Below are positions 18,479 through 27,583 of a DNA stretch of 64,000 nucleotides, piece by piece. A model generated the notes under the pieces. The model was not told the DNA's origin and did no database searches. It saw only the letters and a list, made by a program, of their open reading frames with translations. The position numbers and the translations under genes are program-made. This stretch comes from an uncultured Erysipelotrichaceae bacterium (GTDB lineage: Bacteria > Bacillota_I > Bacilli_A > RFN20 > CAG-826): the NCBI GenBank assembly GCA_902768335.1, contig CACXKR010000002.1, positions 19,465 through 83,464 of the forward strand, written 5' to 3'. Numbering within the stretch: position 1 is the stretch's first letter; every line of letters starts with the position of its first letter.

Positions 18479-18607
18479 TTACTTTTCTTCGTCAGGATTA
18501 TCGATCTTGACTAACATTTCGTGTGGAGCTCCACAAATTGGGCAGCTTCCATCAGCGGCTGGGACGACGATTTGTCCACAGATTTGGCAACGATATTTCT
18601 CGACCAT
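18479..18607 (-). CDS. Unannotated 42-aa rubredoxin-like zinc-ribbon micro-protein
   Basis: Reverse-strand ATG 18607 preceded by AAGGAG. Translation MVEKYRCQICGQIVVPAADGSCPICGAPHEMLVKIDNPDEEK has CxxC-x11-CxxC. It fills the gap between the ligase stop (18620) and the amidohydrolase start (18472). Confidence 0.55.
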   Translation of the reverse strand: MVEKYRCQICGQIVVPAADGSCPICGAPHEMLVKIDNPDEEK

Positions 18608-18619
18608 AATTTTATCTCC

Positions 18620-20248
18620 TTATTGCAATTTATTGACGTCGATTTTACCAACGAATGTATGTGGTAATTTATCGACGATAACAATCTCTTTTGGTTTGGC
18701 ATAAATACCTAAATCACGAACTATTTTATCTTCGATAGCTCTAACGGCATCTTCAACATTCCCCTTATATTCACGGTGAAGCACAACAAATAATTTAATC
18801 ATGTGCCCGTGCTTTTGATCAGGCACGCCTATTGCAGCGCATTCATAAACGAAAGAATAATCCGATGTTGAATCTTCAACCATGGATGGGAAAACAGGTA
18901 TTCCAGATACTTTAATGATTCTTTTTAAACGTTGTTTAAAGGTTACATAATTATCTTCATCTAACGACACGAAATCGCCAGTACGAAGCCATTTTGTTCC
19001 GTCTTTATCGGTGAAGAAAGTATGTTGATTTGCTTTTGGATCAGAAGAGTAAACATAACCATTCATGAGAGTTTCACCAGCGATGCAAAGTTCACCTTCT
19101 TTATTGAAACCTAAATCTTCCATAGTCGTTGGATCAATAACTTTGAATCTAACATTTGGAAGAGCCATTCCAGAAGTGCCGGCTTTATGATGCTTATGAG
19201 TGTTAACGGAACAAACACAGACAGTTTCAGTTAATCCATAACCTTCTCTAAGACGGCATCTCGATTTATTTTCAATCATTAATTCATTGAAGTTCTTAAG
19301 TAAATTAGATGGAACGAAATCTCCTCCAACAAAGGCGATGTTTAAATTTCGTAGCATTTTGCCGTTAAAATTCTTTTTAGTAAGTAAGGCTTCGTAAATT
19401 ATTGGAATACCAATCATGATTTGGATTTGGCCTTTTTTAATATATTTAATAGTTTGATCACGGTTGAATTTTGGCATCAAAACCGAAACTGCTCCAAAGG
19501 AGAGCATGATGTGAACACCCATTTCTAAGCCAAAGCCATGGAACATCGGTAATACTGCAAACATTCCAATATCTTTTCCATCTTCAACATCGATGATCCA
19601 TGGACCATAATGTGCAAGAGCATTCATAGCAAAGGAAGATAAAGCAATTATTTTAGCTTTGCCAGATGTACCACCACTATTAAGTAAAACAGCATCATCG
19701 TTATAGCGAGTATTGTAATCAGTTTCTCTTTTATTGAAATAAAATTTCAAACATGTTTTATCATGTTCAATATGACCGATTTTACTTCGATTTTGATATT
19801 TGTAAACTAAAGCCTCAATAAGATTTAATTCATTAGCAGGTGAACAAGAAAAGACTTTAACCCCTCTTTTCTCAAGAGGTTTGAACATCTGATAAGAAAG
19901 ATCTAAACAAAACAAAATCTTTGAACCTGTAATATTTAGATTCTCCTCCATTTGAGTGTAATTAAAGGAAGGGTGAACAATATTAGATATTGCTCCAATT
20001 TGGTTTATCGCATAAAGAAGATAAACAGCATCAGGAATGTTTGGCAAACAAACTGTGATTATATCACCTCTACCATAGCCCATTTCTTTTAGACTATAAG
20101 CAAATTGATTAATGCGTTTTAAAAGATAGTCATATTTGAATTTATGACCCATATATATCAAAGCAGTATTTCTTGGCCAACGAGTAGCGGAATCAAGAAT
20201 GGTTTGATAGATGGATTGTTCTTTTTTACAGCCTAATTCAACATTCAT
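18620..20248 (-). CDS. AMP-dependent acyl-CoA synthetase/ligase (542 aa from ATG 20248)
   Basis: AMP-binding motif NSGGTSGKAKI, EGYGLTET, and the TGD motif in WLRTGDFVSLD. ATG 20248 overlaps the upstream TGA (ATGA), so the longer ORF-track start 20329 is unlikely. Confidence 0.8.
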   Translation of the reverse strand: MNVELGCKKEQSIYQTILDSATRWPRNTALIYMGHKFKYDYLLKRINQFAYSLKEMGYGRGDIITVCLPNIPDAVYLLYAINQIGAISNIVHPSFNYTQMEENLNITGSKILFCLDLSYQMFKPLEKRGVKVFSCSPANELNLIEALVYKYQNRSKIGHIEHDKTCLKFYFNKRETDYNTRYNDDAVLLNSGGTSGKAKIIALSSFAMNALAHYGPWIIDVEDGKDIGMFAVLPMFHGFGLEMGVHIMLSFGAVSVLMPKFNRDQTIKYIKKGQIQIMIGIPIIYEALLTKKNFNGKMLRNLNIAFVGGDFVPSNLLKNFNELMIENKSRCRLREGYGLTETVCVCSVNTHKHHKAGTSGMALPNVRFKVIDPTTMEDLGFNKEGELCIAGETLMNGYVYSSDPKANQHTFFTDKDGTKWLRTGDFVSLDEDNYVTFKQRLKRIIKVSGIPVFPSMVEDSTSDYSFVYECAAIGVPDQKHGHMIKLFVVLHREYKGNVEDAVRAIEDKIVRDLGIYAKPKEIVIVDKLPHTFVGKIDVNKLQ

Positions 20249-21324
20249 AACACTAATTTGGCACCCATTAGTAAGGCTATGCCACCTAAAATGATAATAT
20301 AAATTACTTGATGTGATAAGTAAAACCACAATGAATATTTTCCAGGTATTGTTACTAACTTAGTGTTTCGATTAAGAGATTCGTTAAATCTACCAAAAAT
20401 TGATTTGCGATTTCGATAGACTGTTTGACCAATAAAACCACCTAAGAACATGTATCCTAAACCTGGGAATAAACCCATCCAATCACTTCCAAAATATTTG
20501 GTTCCTAAAAGGACTCCCCAGATGTTTTCGCCTAAATCTTTGTATCTTACGATTGGAATCGAATACGCATAGCCATTGTAATAGAACCAGAAATTGGACG
20601 TATCTCGAGCATTGTTATATGAAACAAATCCCCAGGCGATTAAAATCGCTAAAGCGATTCCAAGAGTAAATGCTTCGTGTATTTGCGGATGTTTTTTAAA
20701 CGGAAGAGCAAATAATCCATAGATCAGCATGCAGATACCAATTCCACCGATAGCGCCAACAATGACAAGGTCTTCCATTGAACCGGTGACTTTTGCAACA
20801 ATAAGGAAAGCAACCGACATTAATGCACCGGCTCCAATAACAATCAAACTTCTTCTAATTGGATTTCTTGAAAATTGGGTTGATATGCCAGAAACAAGAA
20901 ACAAAAAGAAAATACCAATAAACCTAAATGTAACGCGAACAGGATGAACCCAATATAAGCTAGCAAAAGCACCAATATCTAGGTAAAACTGCGGTAAATT
21001 TGAAAAATTATATGATGTAAACAATCCTTCAAAATCAAAGAAAAAGTGGTCAATTAACATGCCGATGATAACAAGACCTCGAACAAAATCTAATTCCCAG
21101 ATTCTAATTCGGTTATGGTAATTAGCTTTATTATTCTTCTCAACTTGTTTCGCTAATGATTTGTCGAGTTGTTTTTCTTTCTTTTCAAGGCGAGTTTTAA
21201 CTTCATCGTCGCTATATTGTTTTTTTAATTCAGCTTCATAAACGCACAAAAATGCTTTGTTATAAAGTTTCTTCGCTTCAATCTTCGAATTTTGCTTTTC
21301 AACAAAACTTTTAGTTTTAGCCAT
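20245..21324 (-). CDS. DUF1624 / HGSNAT-like polytopic membrane protein with charged N-terminal extension
   Basis: RIWELDFVRGLVIIGMLIDHFF opening motif and about 9 TM helices. The 75-aa lysine/glutamate-rich N-terminus is likely cytoplasmic. Confidence 0.5.
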   Translation of the reverse strand: MAKTKSFVEKQNSKIEAKKLYNKAFLCVYEAELKKQYSDDEVKTRLEKKEKQLDKSLAKQVEKNNKANYHNRIRIWELDFVRGLVIIGMLIDHFFFDFEGLFTSYNFSNLPQFYLDIGAFASLYWVHPVRVTFRFIGIFFLFLVSGISTQFSRNPIRRSLIVIGAGALMSVAFLIVAKVTGSMEDLVIVGAIGGIGICMLIYGLFALPFKKHPQIHEAFTLGIALAILIAWGFVSYNNARDTSNFWFYYNGYAYSIPIVRYKDLGENIWGVLLGTKYFGSDWMGLFPGLGYMFLGGFIGQTVYRNRKSIFGRFNESLNRNTKLVTIPGKYSLWFYLSHQVIYIIILGGIALLMGAKLVL

Positions 21325-21330
21325 ACAAAA

Positions 21331-21339
21331 ATGATATCA
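21331..21339 (-). promoter_or_regulatory. Extended -10 element placed for a leaderless transcript
   Basis: Reverse strand TGaTATCAT, then 6 nt (ttttgt), then ATG 21324. No SD. Confidence 0.4.
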
Positions 21340-21406
21340 AACAATTCCCTTTCTTAAAAGAAAAGTTTTAAGTGCCATAAGTGAGCATGTGTTCTATAAT
21401 ACTCAT

Positions 21407-22342
21407 ATGTCGATTTTGGCTAAAATCTTAATAATCACAATAAGTTCGCTCATCGGACTATTCTTAATCTTTTTTATCTCAAACGGTATCATTTTTACTC
21501 GCTTATCATTTTCGAGAAGAAAAGGCGATAAAGATTTCGCAAAAAATGAAGATCCTAGAGCCAAGAAAGATCCAGATCGAATCTGGTATTTTTCAAATGA
21601 AATCGAAGAAATTAACTTAAAAAGTTATGATAAGCTGAATCTTAAGGGATATTTCTTAAATAATCACTCTAATAAACTTGTCATAATGGTGCATGGATAT
21701 CATGGACGATATTACTCTTTAACTTCCCAAGCCCATATCTTTTTTGACAACGGATTCGATGTACTTTCGATCAACAATCGCTGCCACGATTCAAGCGAAG
21801 GAAAACTGATTACGATGGGGAAAAGAGAAAGTAGAGACTTAGAAGACTGGATTGAATTAATGATTAAAAGAAATCCAAACTATCAAATAGCTCTTTATGG
21901 TATCTCAATGGGTGGTCATATCGTGATGCTCACAGGTTCAAAACCTAACGTCAATGAAAAAGTAAAATGTATCATAGAAGATTGCGCGTTTAATTCGCTT
22001 AAAAATGAGCTTATCTTAATGGTGAAGCAAAGCCCTGCTCCATTTCCAAGATTAACAGTAAATCTTGCAGAATTATATTCGATTATTTTTCATCATTTTT
22101 CCTATTCGAATTCCATTGATAAAGCTTTTAAAACACTGAAATTACCTATTTTATTGATTCATGGTTCACAAGATAATTACGTTCCAACTGAAAATATTTA
22201 TTTAAATGAAAAAGCAGTTCCAAAAGATGTTTACCATGAAACGCATGTATTTGAAGGATCTGGACACACCAAAAGCGTGGTTGATTCAAGAAAAAAATAT
22301 ACCAAAATTGTCAATGATTTTGTTAATAAATTTATAAAATGA
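21407..22342 (+). CDS. Membrane-anchored alpha/beta hydrolase (ORF-track GTG 21389 is an alternative start)
   Basis: N-terminal TM helix, HGYHG oxyanion region, nucleophile elbow GISMGG, C-terminal GSGH. TATAAT 21395..21400 lies 6 nt before ATG 21407. Confidence 0.7.
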   Translation: MSILAKILIITISSLIGLFLIFFISNGIIFTRLSFSRRKGDKDFAKNEDPRAKKDPDRIWYFSNEIEEINLKSYDKLNLKGYFLNNHSNKLVIMVHGYHGRYYSLTSQAHIFFDNGFDVLSINNRCHDSSEGKLITMGKRESRDLEDWIELMIKRNPNYQIALYGISMGGHIVMLTGSKPNVNEKVKCIIEDCAFNSLKNELILMVKQSPAPFPRLTVNLAELYSIIFHHFSYSNSIDKAFKTLKLPILLIHGSQDNYVPTENIYLNEKAVPKDVYHETHVFEGSGHTKSVVDSRKKYTKIVNDFVNKFIK

Positions 22343-23412
22343 AAATTAATTTAAATAAAGAAGAATATTCAAGATGTGCGGAGATTTTAGATGTTAAAGA
22401 GCACAATATCGTCTCCGCAGAGATTTACATTGAATATTTAAATAATCATTATAACGATATCGATTTTGCCAAAGACGAGAAATCATATTGCAAAGAATTT
22501 TTAAACTGTTTAGAAATTGATGAAAATGACAATGAATTTAAAACTGTGAACAAAGATACAAAGATATCAAAAATTGAAAAATTGGATCCTTTAAAATACG
22601 AAAATGATGAATATTATAGTCTTATTGTAAACACCAAGGCTAAAGATAAAGACTGGACGTTAACAAATCTTTGCTACAGAGCTTATGAAGGATTTGTTTA
22701 TAACGAACTCGAAATCAATGATACGACTTTTGCAGAACATACACCATTTGGTTATTTTGATAAGGATTTTACCTATCCTGCTTTAATTCAAAACGGTCAA
22801 ATCTGGATGTCAATCATACCTCATGAAATTGAAACGATGAAAGAGCCAATCAAAAATGCGCATGGTCGCGTTCTAGTGCTTGGTCTTGGACTTGGCTATT
22901 ATCTTTATCACATTTCCAAAAAAGAGAACGTTAAAGAAATTGATGTTATTGAACTAGATCAAAATGTAATTGATTTATTTAAGAAACATTTATTTAACAA
23001 ATTCACAAATAGAAACAAGATAAATATTATTCATGAAGATGCCCTAAAATATCTTTCTAACAATAAAAAGCATTATGATTATGTCTTTGCTGATATTTGG
23101 CATAATGTCGGCGATGGTGAGATACTTTATCTTAAGATAAAACCATTTGAAAAGATTTATGAAAAAACTACATTCGATTATTGGATAGAAACATCGATAC
23201 TTGCCATGCTTAGAAGACAAACTCTAACTGTCTATCAAGAGCAATTAGATGGTTTAAAAGAAGAAGAGTATCTAAAAGCAAGAAACGATAACGATGAAAT
23301 TATAAATCGCATTTATTTCTATTTAAAAAGCACCGAAATTAATTCTTTCGATGCCCTTCATAATTTATTAACTGAATCATCCCTCAAAGAGATGGCCAAA
23401 CATTTATTCTAA
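22339..23412 (+). CDS. Two-domain protein with C-terminal spermidine-synthase-like / class I SAM-methyltransferase fold
   Basis: VLVLGLGLGYYLYHI (G-x-G-x-G), IDVIELD, IIHEDALKYL, YDYVFADIW pattern. The N-terminal ~170 aa are uncharacterised. ATGA overlap with the hydrolase gene. Confidence 0.4.
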   Translation: MKINLNKEEYSRCAEILDVKEHNIVSAEIYIEYLNNHYNDIDFAKDEKSYCKEFLNCLEIDENDNEFKTVNKDTKISKIEKLDPLKYENDEYYSLIVNTKAKDKDWTLTNLCYRAYEGFVYNELEINDTTFAEHTPFGYFDKDFTYPALIQNGQIWMSIIPHEIETMKEPIKNAHGRVLVLGLGLGYYLYHISKKENVKEIDVIELDQNVIDLFKKHLFNKFTNRNKINIIHEDALKYLSNNKKHYDYVFADIWHNVGDGEILYLKIKPFEKIYEKTTFDYWIETSILAMLRRQTLTVYQEQLDGLKEEEYLKARNDNDEIINRIYFYLKSTEINSFDALHNLLTESSLKEMAKHLF

Positions 23413-24609
23413 TTATAATTTGAAGATTTCTAAGCCAATCTCCACCATTTTTTCCATTTCTTCTAAAACAGCAAATTCGTATCGGCCATGGTGATTGTAA
23501 GAACCGGTTCCTAAATTTGGACAAGGAACTCCTTTAAATGAGAAGGTTGCTCCGTCGGTTCCACCTCTAATTGGATTATATTCAAATTGATAACCAAGTC
23601 TTTGATAGACTTTTTCGATATGATTTTTAACTTCTGGATTCTTGTCGATAATTTCTTTCATATTTTTATATTGATCCGTGATTTGCAGCGAAATTTCGCA
23701 TCCAGGGTATTTTTTAAATAGTTCGTTTTTAATGTTTTTGAAATCATTAACTTGCTTATCTAAAATGCTAGAATCGTGGTTTCTAAGAATATAATGAGCT
23801 TTAGCAACTTCAACATTTCCTTCAATAGAAACAACATGGTTGAATCCTTCACGTTTTTCGGTTTTTGCAGGAATCATGTCTTTTGGCAAAGAATTCATGA
23901 AATCTGCTAAAACAAGCGATGCATTTATCATGACACCCTTAGCAGAGCCAGGGTGAATAGATTTACCTTTGATTTCAATTTCAATAGCTTTAGCGTTAAA
24001 GTTTTCAATTTCGATATATTTAGGATCATCTCCATCGATTGTGTAGGCAAATTCGCATCCATATTGTTTTGGATCAAAATGTTCTGGCCCTCGACCAATT
24101 TCTTCATCAGGAGTAAACAAGATTGAAAAACCTCTTCTTTTTGTTTTATCTATCTTAAGATAGTTCTCTAAAATCGTCATGATAATAGCAACACCTGCTT
24201 TATCATCTCCTCCTAACAAAGTGGTTCCATCGGTGGTAATTATAGTTTTACCTTTAAGTTCATTTAGTTTAGCAAACTCTTTCGGTGATAAAACTAATCC
24301 GCTTGAACCTAATTTAATATCGCTTAAATCATAGTTTTTGATAATTTGAGGTTTAACATCTTTACCTGAACATTCAAGCGCGGTATCAACGTGAGAACAT
24401 AACCCAATATTTGAATAAGCAGGATTACCTTCCACTTTCGCGTAAAGACGTCCATATTTGTCCAAAGTTGTTTTGACGCCTAATTCCCCTAACTCTTGTT
24501 TTAAAAGATTAAGTAAATCATATTGTTTTAAGCTTGAAGGAGTCGATAAGGAATCCTCATCAGATTGAGTATCGATTTTAATGTATCTAATAAATCTATC
24601 TAAAAGCAT
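23413..24609 (-). CDS. pepT: Peptidase T (M20B tripeptidase)
   Basis: LLDRFIRYIKIDTQSDE N-terminus, HVDT, GGDDKAG, TPDEEIG motifs. Confidence 0.85.
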   Translation of the reverse strand: MLLDRFIRYIKIDTQSDEDSLSTPSSLKQYDLLNLLKQELGELGVKTTLDKYGRLYAKVEGNPAYSNIGLCSHVDTALECSGKDVKPQIIKNYDLSDIKLGSSGLVLSPKEFAKLNELKGKTIITTDGTTLLGGDDKAGVAIIMTILENYLKIDKTKRRGFSILFTPDEEIGRGPEHFDPKQYGCEFAYTIDGDDPKYIEIENFNAKAIEIEIKGKSIHPGSAKGVMINASLVLADFMNSLPKDMIPAKTEKREGFNHVVSIEGNVEVAKAHYILRNHDSSILDKQVNDFKNIKNELFKKYPGCEISLQITDQYKNMKEIIDKNPEVKNHIEKVYQRLGYQFEYNPIRGGTDGATFSFKGVPCPNLGTGSYNHHGRYEFAVLEEMEKMVEIGLEIFKL

Positions 24610-24620
24610 ATTATTCTCCT

Positions 24621-24652
24621 AATCAAAATAAAAGTCTGGTATTAACCAGACT
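24621..24652 (-). terminator. Terminator after the 138-aa membrane protein gene
   Basis: AGTCTGG-tattaa-CCAGACT hairpin with a T-rich tail on the reverse strand. Confidence 0.55.
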
Positions 24653-24668
24653 ATAAAATAAACTATGT

Positions 24669-25085
24669 TTATTTACTTTCGGCTTGTTTGGTTTTAAGGC
24701 CTTTGCGTTTACGATATTTAACTAAATCGTAGATGAACACTCCAAGAGCCCAAAAGCCAACAACAATGGCAAGCATTGAAACGCCAACGGTGGCAATTTC
24801 ATGAAGCATTTCCATCGTACCTTCAGCGGTTTCAGTAGCGGTCAAGAAAGGTGGATAAGGCACCACTTCTCCATGAAGCATATGCTCGGCAGCAAGAACG
24901 AACGATCCAGCGAATAAACCAGTTTCAAGATAAGCGAGCTTTGTGCTCCATTTTGTATCCGAACCAAATTTATCAACTTCAGGGGTTCTACCTGCAAGTT
25001 CTAATTTATTTTCATGATGCTTAACAATGTGACGAGCGACTCCAACGCCGACTGCACCAATTAAACTAACTGTGAAACATGCCAT
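24669..25085 (-). CDS. Hypothetical 138-aa membrane protein
   Basis: Three hydrophobic segments, basic C-terminus, GAAGG-type SD. No family recognised. Confidence 0.5.
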   Translation of the reverse strand: MACFTVSLIGAVGVGVARHIVKHHENKLELAGRTPEVDKFGSDTKWSTKLAYLETGLFAGSFVLAAEHMLHGEVVPYPPFLTATETAEGTMEMLHEIATVGVSMLAIVVGFWALGVFIYDLVKYRKRKGLKTKQAESK

Positions 25086-25147
25086 AATGTCTACCTTCTT
25101 TCGTATAAAATTCTATTTTATTTAACTTCCTAAATCAATTATTATCA

Positions 25148-26641
25148 TCAAATGATGCACGAAATTGTCATCTTGTCTGAACCGACGTAATTAAATTTGA
25201 CCGTCCAATCGAAATCTTTACCACTATTGAGTTTGTTCTTTTGATCGAACTGAGTTTGATATTTGCTCAAAGAGAATGAATCACCGGTTAGGAATAAATC
25301 ACCAGCACCAAAAACGTATTTATTATTGTATTCAGCCTTAACGTTATTACGAATTAAATGGTTAAGGTTATAAGAATATTTTCCACCATAATTCTTGGCT
25401 CTATCACCACTAGAAGTATTATTTGTCGCGTTTATATACTTATGTCCTTCAATAATTGAAGTTGTCAAATAAGCAGATTTATCATCGGTTACATCGACAA
25501 GTCGAGAATCAACATGCCAAATTCTAACGCCGCTTGCTTTAGGACCCATAGGATATTTATCACCATAACGATATGTGCTATCTCTGACATTTAAAATTGT
25601 TGGTGTATATAATTCAAGAATTATATATTCATCAAATGGTGAACCAGAAAAAGAATTGGATAAAATAACAATTTCACCGCTTGATTCAACTGGTTTAACA
25701 TCGAAGGTTGAAGACTTCGTTGGTACTAAAGCCTTAGCCCATCCTAATGAAAAGCGGGAGAAAGGATCATGGGAGCCAACATTCATATCTTGCATGGAAT
25801 AACCACCAGCTGGAAGATAGCCATCTTCAGCGTAATCATAATAATCTTCTAGACCAAATAAATGACCCATTTCGTGGATATATGTATGAGTGTCGATTAA
25901 TAAGCCATTTGCATTATAACCACCACCGAAATTGGTTAATTCCGTCTTCTTAAGGGAGGTTTCACTATCGTACATAAAGTCGTAACTAGCCCAGAAGAAA
26001 GCGTTCGCTACTGGGGATTCAACATTTCCTGATAATCTTGTCCAATAGCAGTAAGCCCATAAATTATCTTGATCAATCTTTAAAGATTGGTGATTTGGAG
26101 CAGCATAGATTAAAACCACCCCATCAAGATAACCATCTTTATCTTTATCAAAGTCTTTCATATCGACGGTTGGATTATTGATTTTGTACCAATTAACAGC
26201 TTCTAAAACTAATTTGGCTGTTTTATCATCTTTATCTTCGTAGTAATAAGTTGAAAGTTTATCGCAGTCATACCAGGCTGAAACTTCACCACTTATAGTG
26301 GCTTTGTTAAATGAATCTTTCTTGTAGAAGGTTGAAACGCTTTCCCAACCGATATCTTCTTCATAACCAAAATAGGCTTTGCGAATATCTTCTCTAATAA
26401 CACTACGTCTTTCAGGTTTAATGTAAGTGGAAGAATCGTTAAACCAAACTGGAATAACTAAAAGTTTAGATTCTCCAACGTTTGGGGTGGCAGATTTCTT
26501 AATTGGATAGCTATCGATGAGCTGCTTGTAATTATATTTAGCGTAACTAGTATCTGGCTCTATATTTGGTGGCAAAGAAGCACAACCACTTAAAAGTAGA
26601 GATGTTACAAATAATGAAATTAATGTTTTAATCGTCTTCAT
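25148..26641 (-). CDS. Secreted zinc metalloprotease lipoprotein, M6 (immune inhibitor A)-like (497 aa from ATG 26641)
   Basis: MKTIKTLISLFVTSLLLSGCAS signal/lipobox. HEMGHLFGLEDYYDY matches the HExxHxxGLxDxY signature of M6-type enzymes. Confidence 0.6.
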   Translation of the reverse strand: MKTIKTLISLFVTSLLLSGCASLPPNIEPDTSYAKYNYKQLIDSYPIKKSATPNVGESKLLVIPVWFNDSSTYIKPERRSVIREDIRKAYFGYEEDIGWESVSTFYKKDSFNKATISGEVSAWYDCDKLSTYYYEDKDDKTAKLVLEAVNWYKINNPTVDMKDFDKDKDGYLDGVVLIYAAPNHQSLKIDQDNLWAYCYWTRLSGNVESPVANAFFWASYDFMYDSETSLKKTELTNFGGGYNANGLLIDTHTYIHEMGHLFGLEDYYDYAEDGYLPAGGYSMQDMNVGSHDPFSRFSLGWAKALVPTKSSTFDVKPVESSGEIVILSNSFSGSPFDEYIILELYTPTILNVRDSTYRYGDKYPMGPKASGVRIWHVDSRLVDVTDDKSAYLTTSIIEGHKYINATNNTSSGDRAKNYGGKYSYNLNHLIRNNVKAEYNNKYVFGAGDLFLTGDSFSLSKYQTQFDQKNKLNSGKDFDWTVKFNYVGSDKMTISCII

Positions 26642-26715
26642 TTTATCGACCTTAATAAATATTAAAAGAAAAAACAGTCGCAATAGCAACTGTTTATTTC
26701 TAAATATCCAAATAA

Positions 26716-27462
26716 TTAAACTTTATGATTGAGAAGTTGAATCTCTCTCGCACTTAATTTATCTTCTAAAGCCGCGATGAATTCAACGACATTCTTCTCA
26801 GAATGATTTTCAAATTTGGCTCTAAAGATGATTTCGATTAATCCGGTTTCACTGCTTTCTTCAGTTTGGATTGATAAATCATGAATTGAGCAATCAAATT
26901 TTTTAGCAGTATCAAGAATATCTTTTAAAGCAGGTTTATTCGATTCGACAATAACCGAAATATAAGGATCTTTTCCATTGATTCTTGATTCAATTTTCTT
27001 AAAGGAAACAAGAACGATCATAATGATGATGGTGCCGATGGTAGCTAAGATGAAATTAAATGAACCGCAAGCGATACCAATCGCCATTGAAATCCAAATT
27101 GTTCCAGCGGTCGTTAAACCACGTGTTCCACCATTTTTATAGATGATAACTCCAGCGCCAAGGAAACCAACACCAGCGACAACTTGAGCGGCTAAACGTG
27201 CGACATCGCGATGATCAACAAATATGGCTGGGAATCCATAAATGGATATGATCATGATAATACATGAACCAACACCGACTAAAAGGTGAGTTCTTAAACC
27301 AGCGGTACGTCCTCTTTTTTCTCTTTCAAGTCCGATTGCGCCACAGAGGAGCAATGACAAGACTAAAGCGATTGCACATAAAAGAAGATTACCGAAAGGC
27401 CAGCCATTAAAGTCTAATGATTGACTGATAAATTCAGCGATTTTTTGATCGAGTGTAATCAT
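26716..27462 (-). CDS. mgtC: MgtC/SapB family membrane protein
   Basis: GLEREKRGRTAGLRTHLLV motif, 4-5 TM helices, soluble ACT-like C-terminal domain. Confidence 0.8.
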   Translation of the reverse strand: MITLDQKIAEFISQSLDFNGWPFGNLLLCAIALVLSLLLCGAIGLEREKRGRTAGLRTHLLVGVGSCIIMIISIYGFPAIFVDHRDVARLAAQVVAGVGFLGAGVIIYKNGGTRGLTTAGTIWISMAIGIACGSFNFILATIGTIIIMIVLVSFKKIESRINGKDPYISVIVESNKPALKDILDTAKKFDCSIHDLSIQTEESSETGLIEIIFRAKFENHSEKNVVEFIAALEDKLSAREIQLLNHKV

Positions 27463-27489
27463 AATAAACCTCGCTTTCTTGTTTATGCT

Positions 27490-27518
27490 ATTTTACCGAT
27501 ATAAGAGAATAAATGCAA
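27490..27518 (-). promoter_or_regulatory. mgtC promoter
   Basis: Reverse strand TTGCAT (27518..27513), 17-nt spacer, TAAAAT (27495..27490). GAGG SD before ATG 27462. Confidence 0.5.
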
Positions 27519-27583
27519 ATTTTTTTATGTTATAAAATCACCCCATTTAAATAATAGCGAGTTCGCCTATTCTTAAGTGAGAA

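Noticed and set aside
18511-18702. 63-aa minus-strand ORF from the track spanning the ligase-amidohydrolase gap.
   Set aside because: It overlaps the ligase 3' end, lacks an SD and translates to low-quality sequence. The 42-aa CxxC ORF in another frame (18479..18607), with an AAGGAG SD, explains the gap better.
18620-20329. Long N-terminal extensions in the ORF track: ligase 20329, protease 26689, lspA 34541, rsmH 41022, mraZ 41416, trmH-like 48981, HD 3594.
   Set aside because: In each case an internal ATG matches the expected family N-terminus or signal peptide. Several form ATGA overlaps with the upstream stop (20248, 48930), and lspA has a good SD (34505). The extensions would overlap upstream genes.
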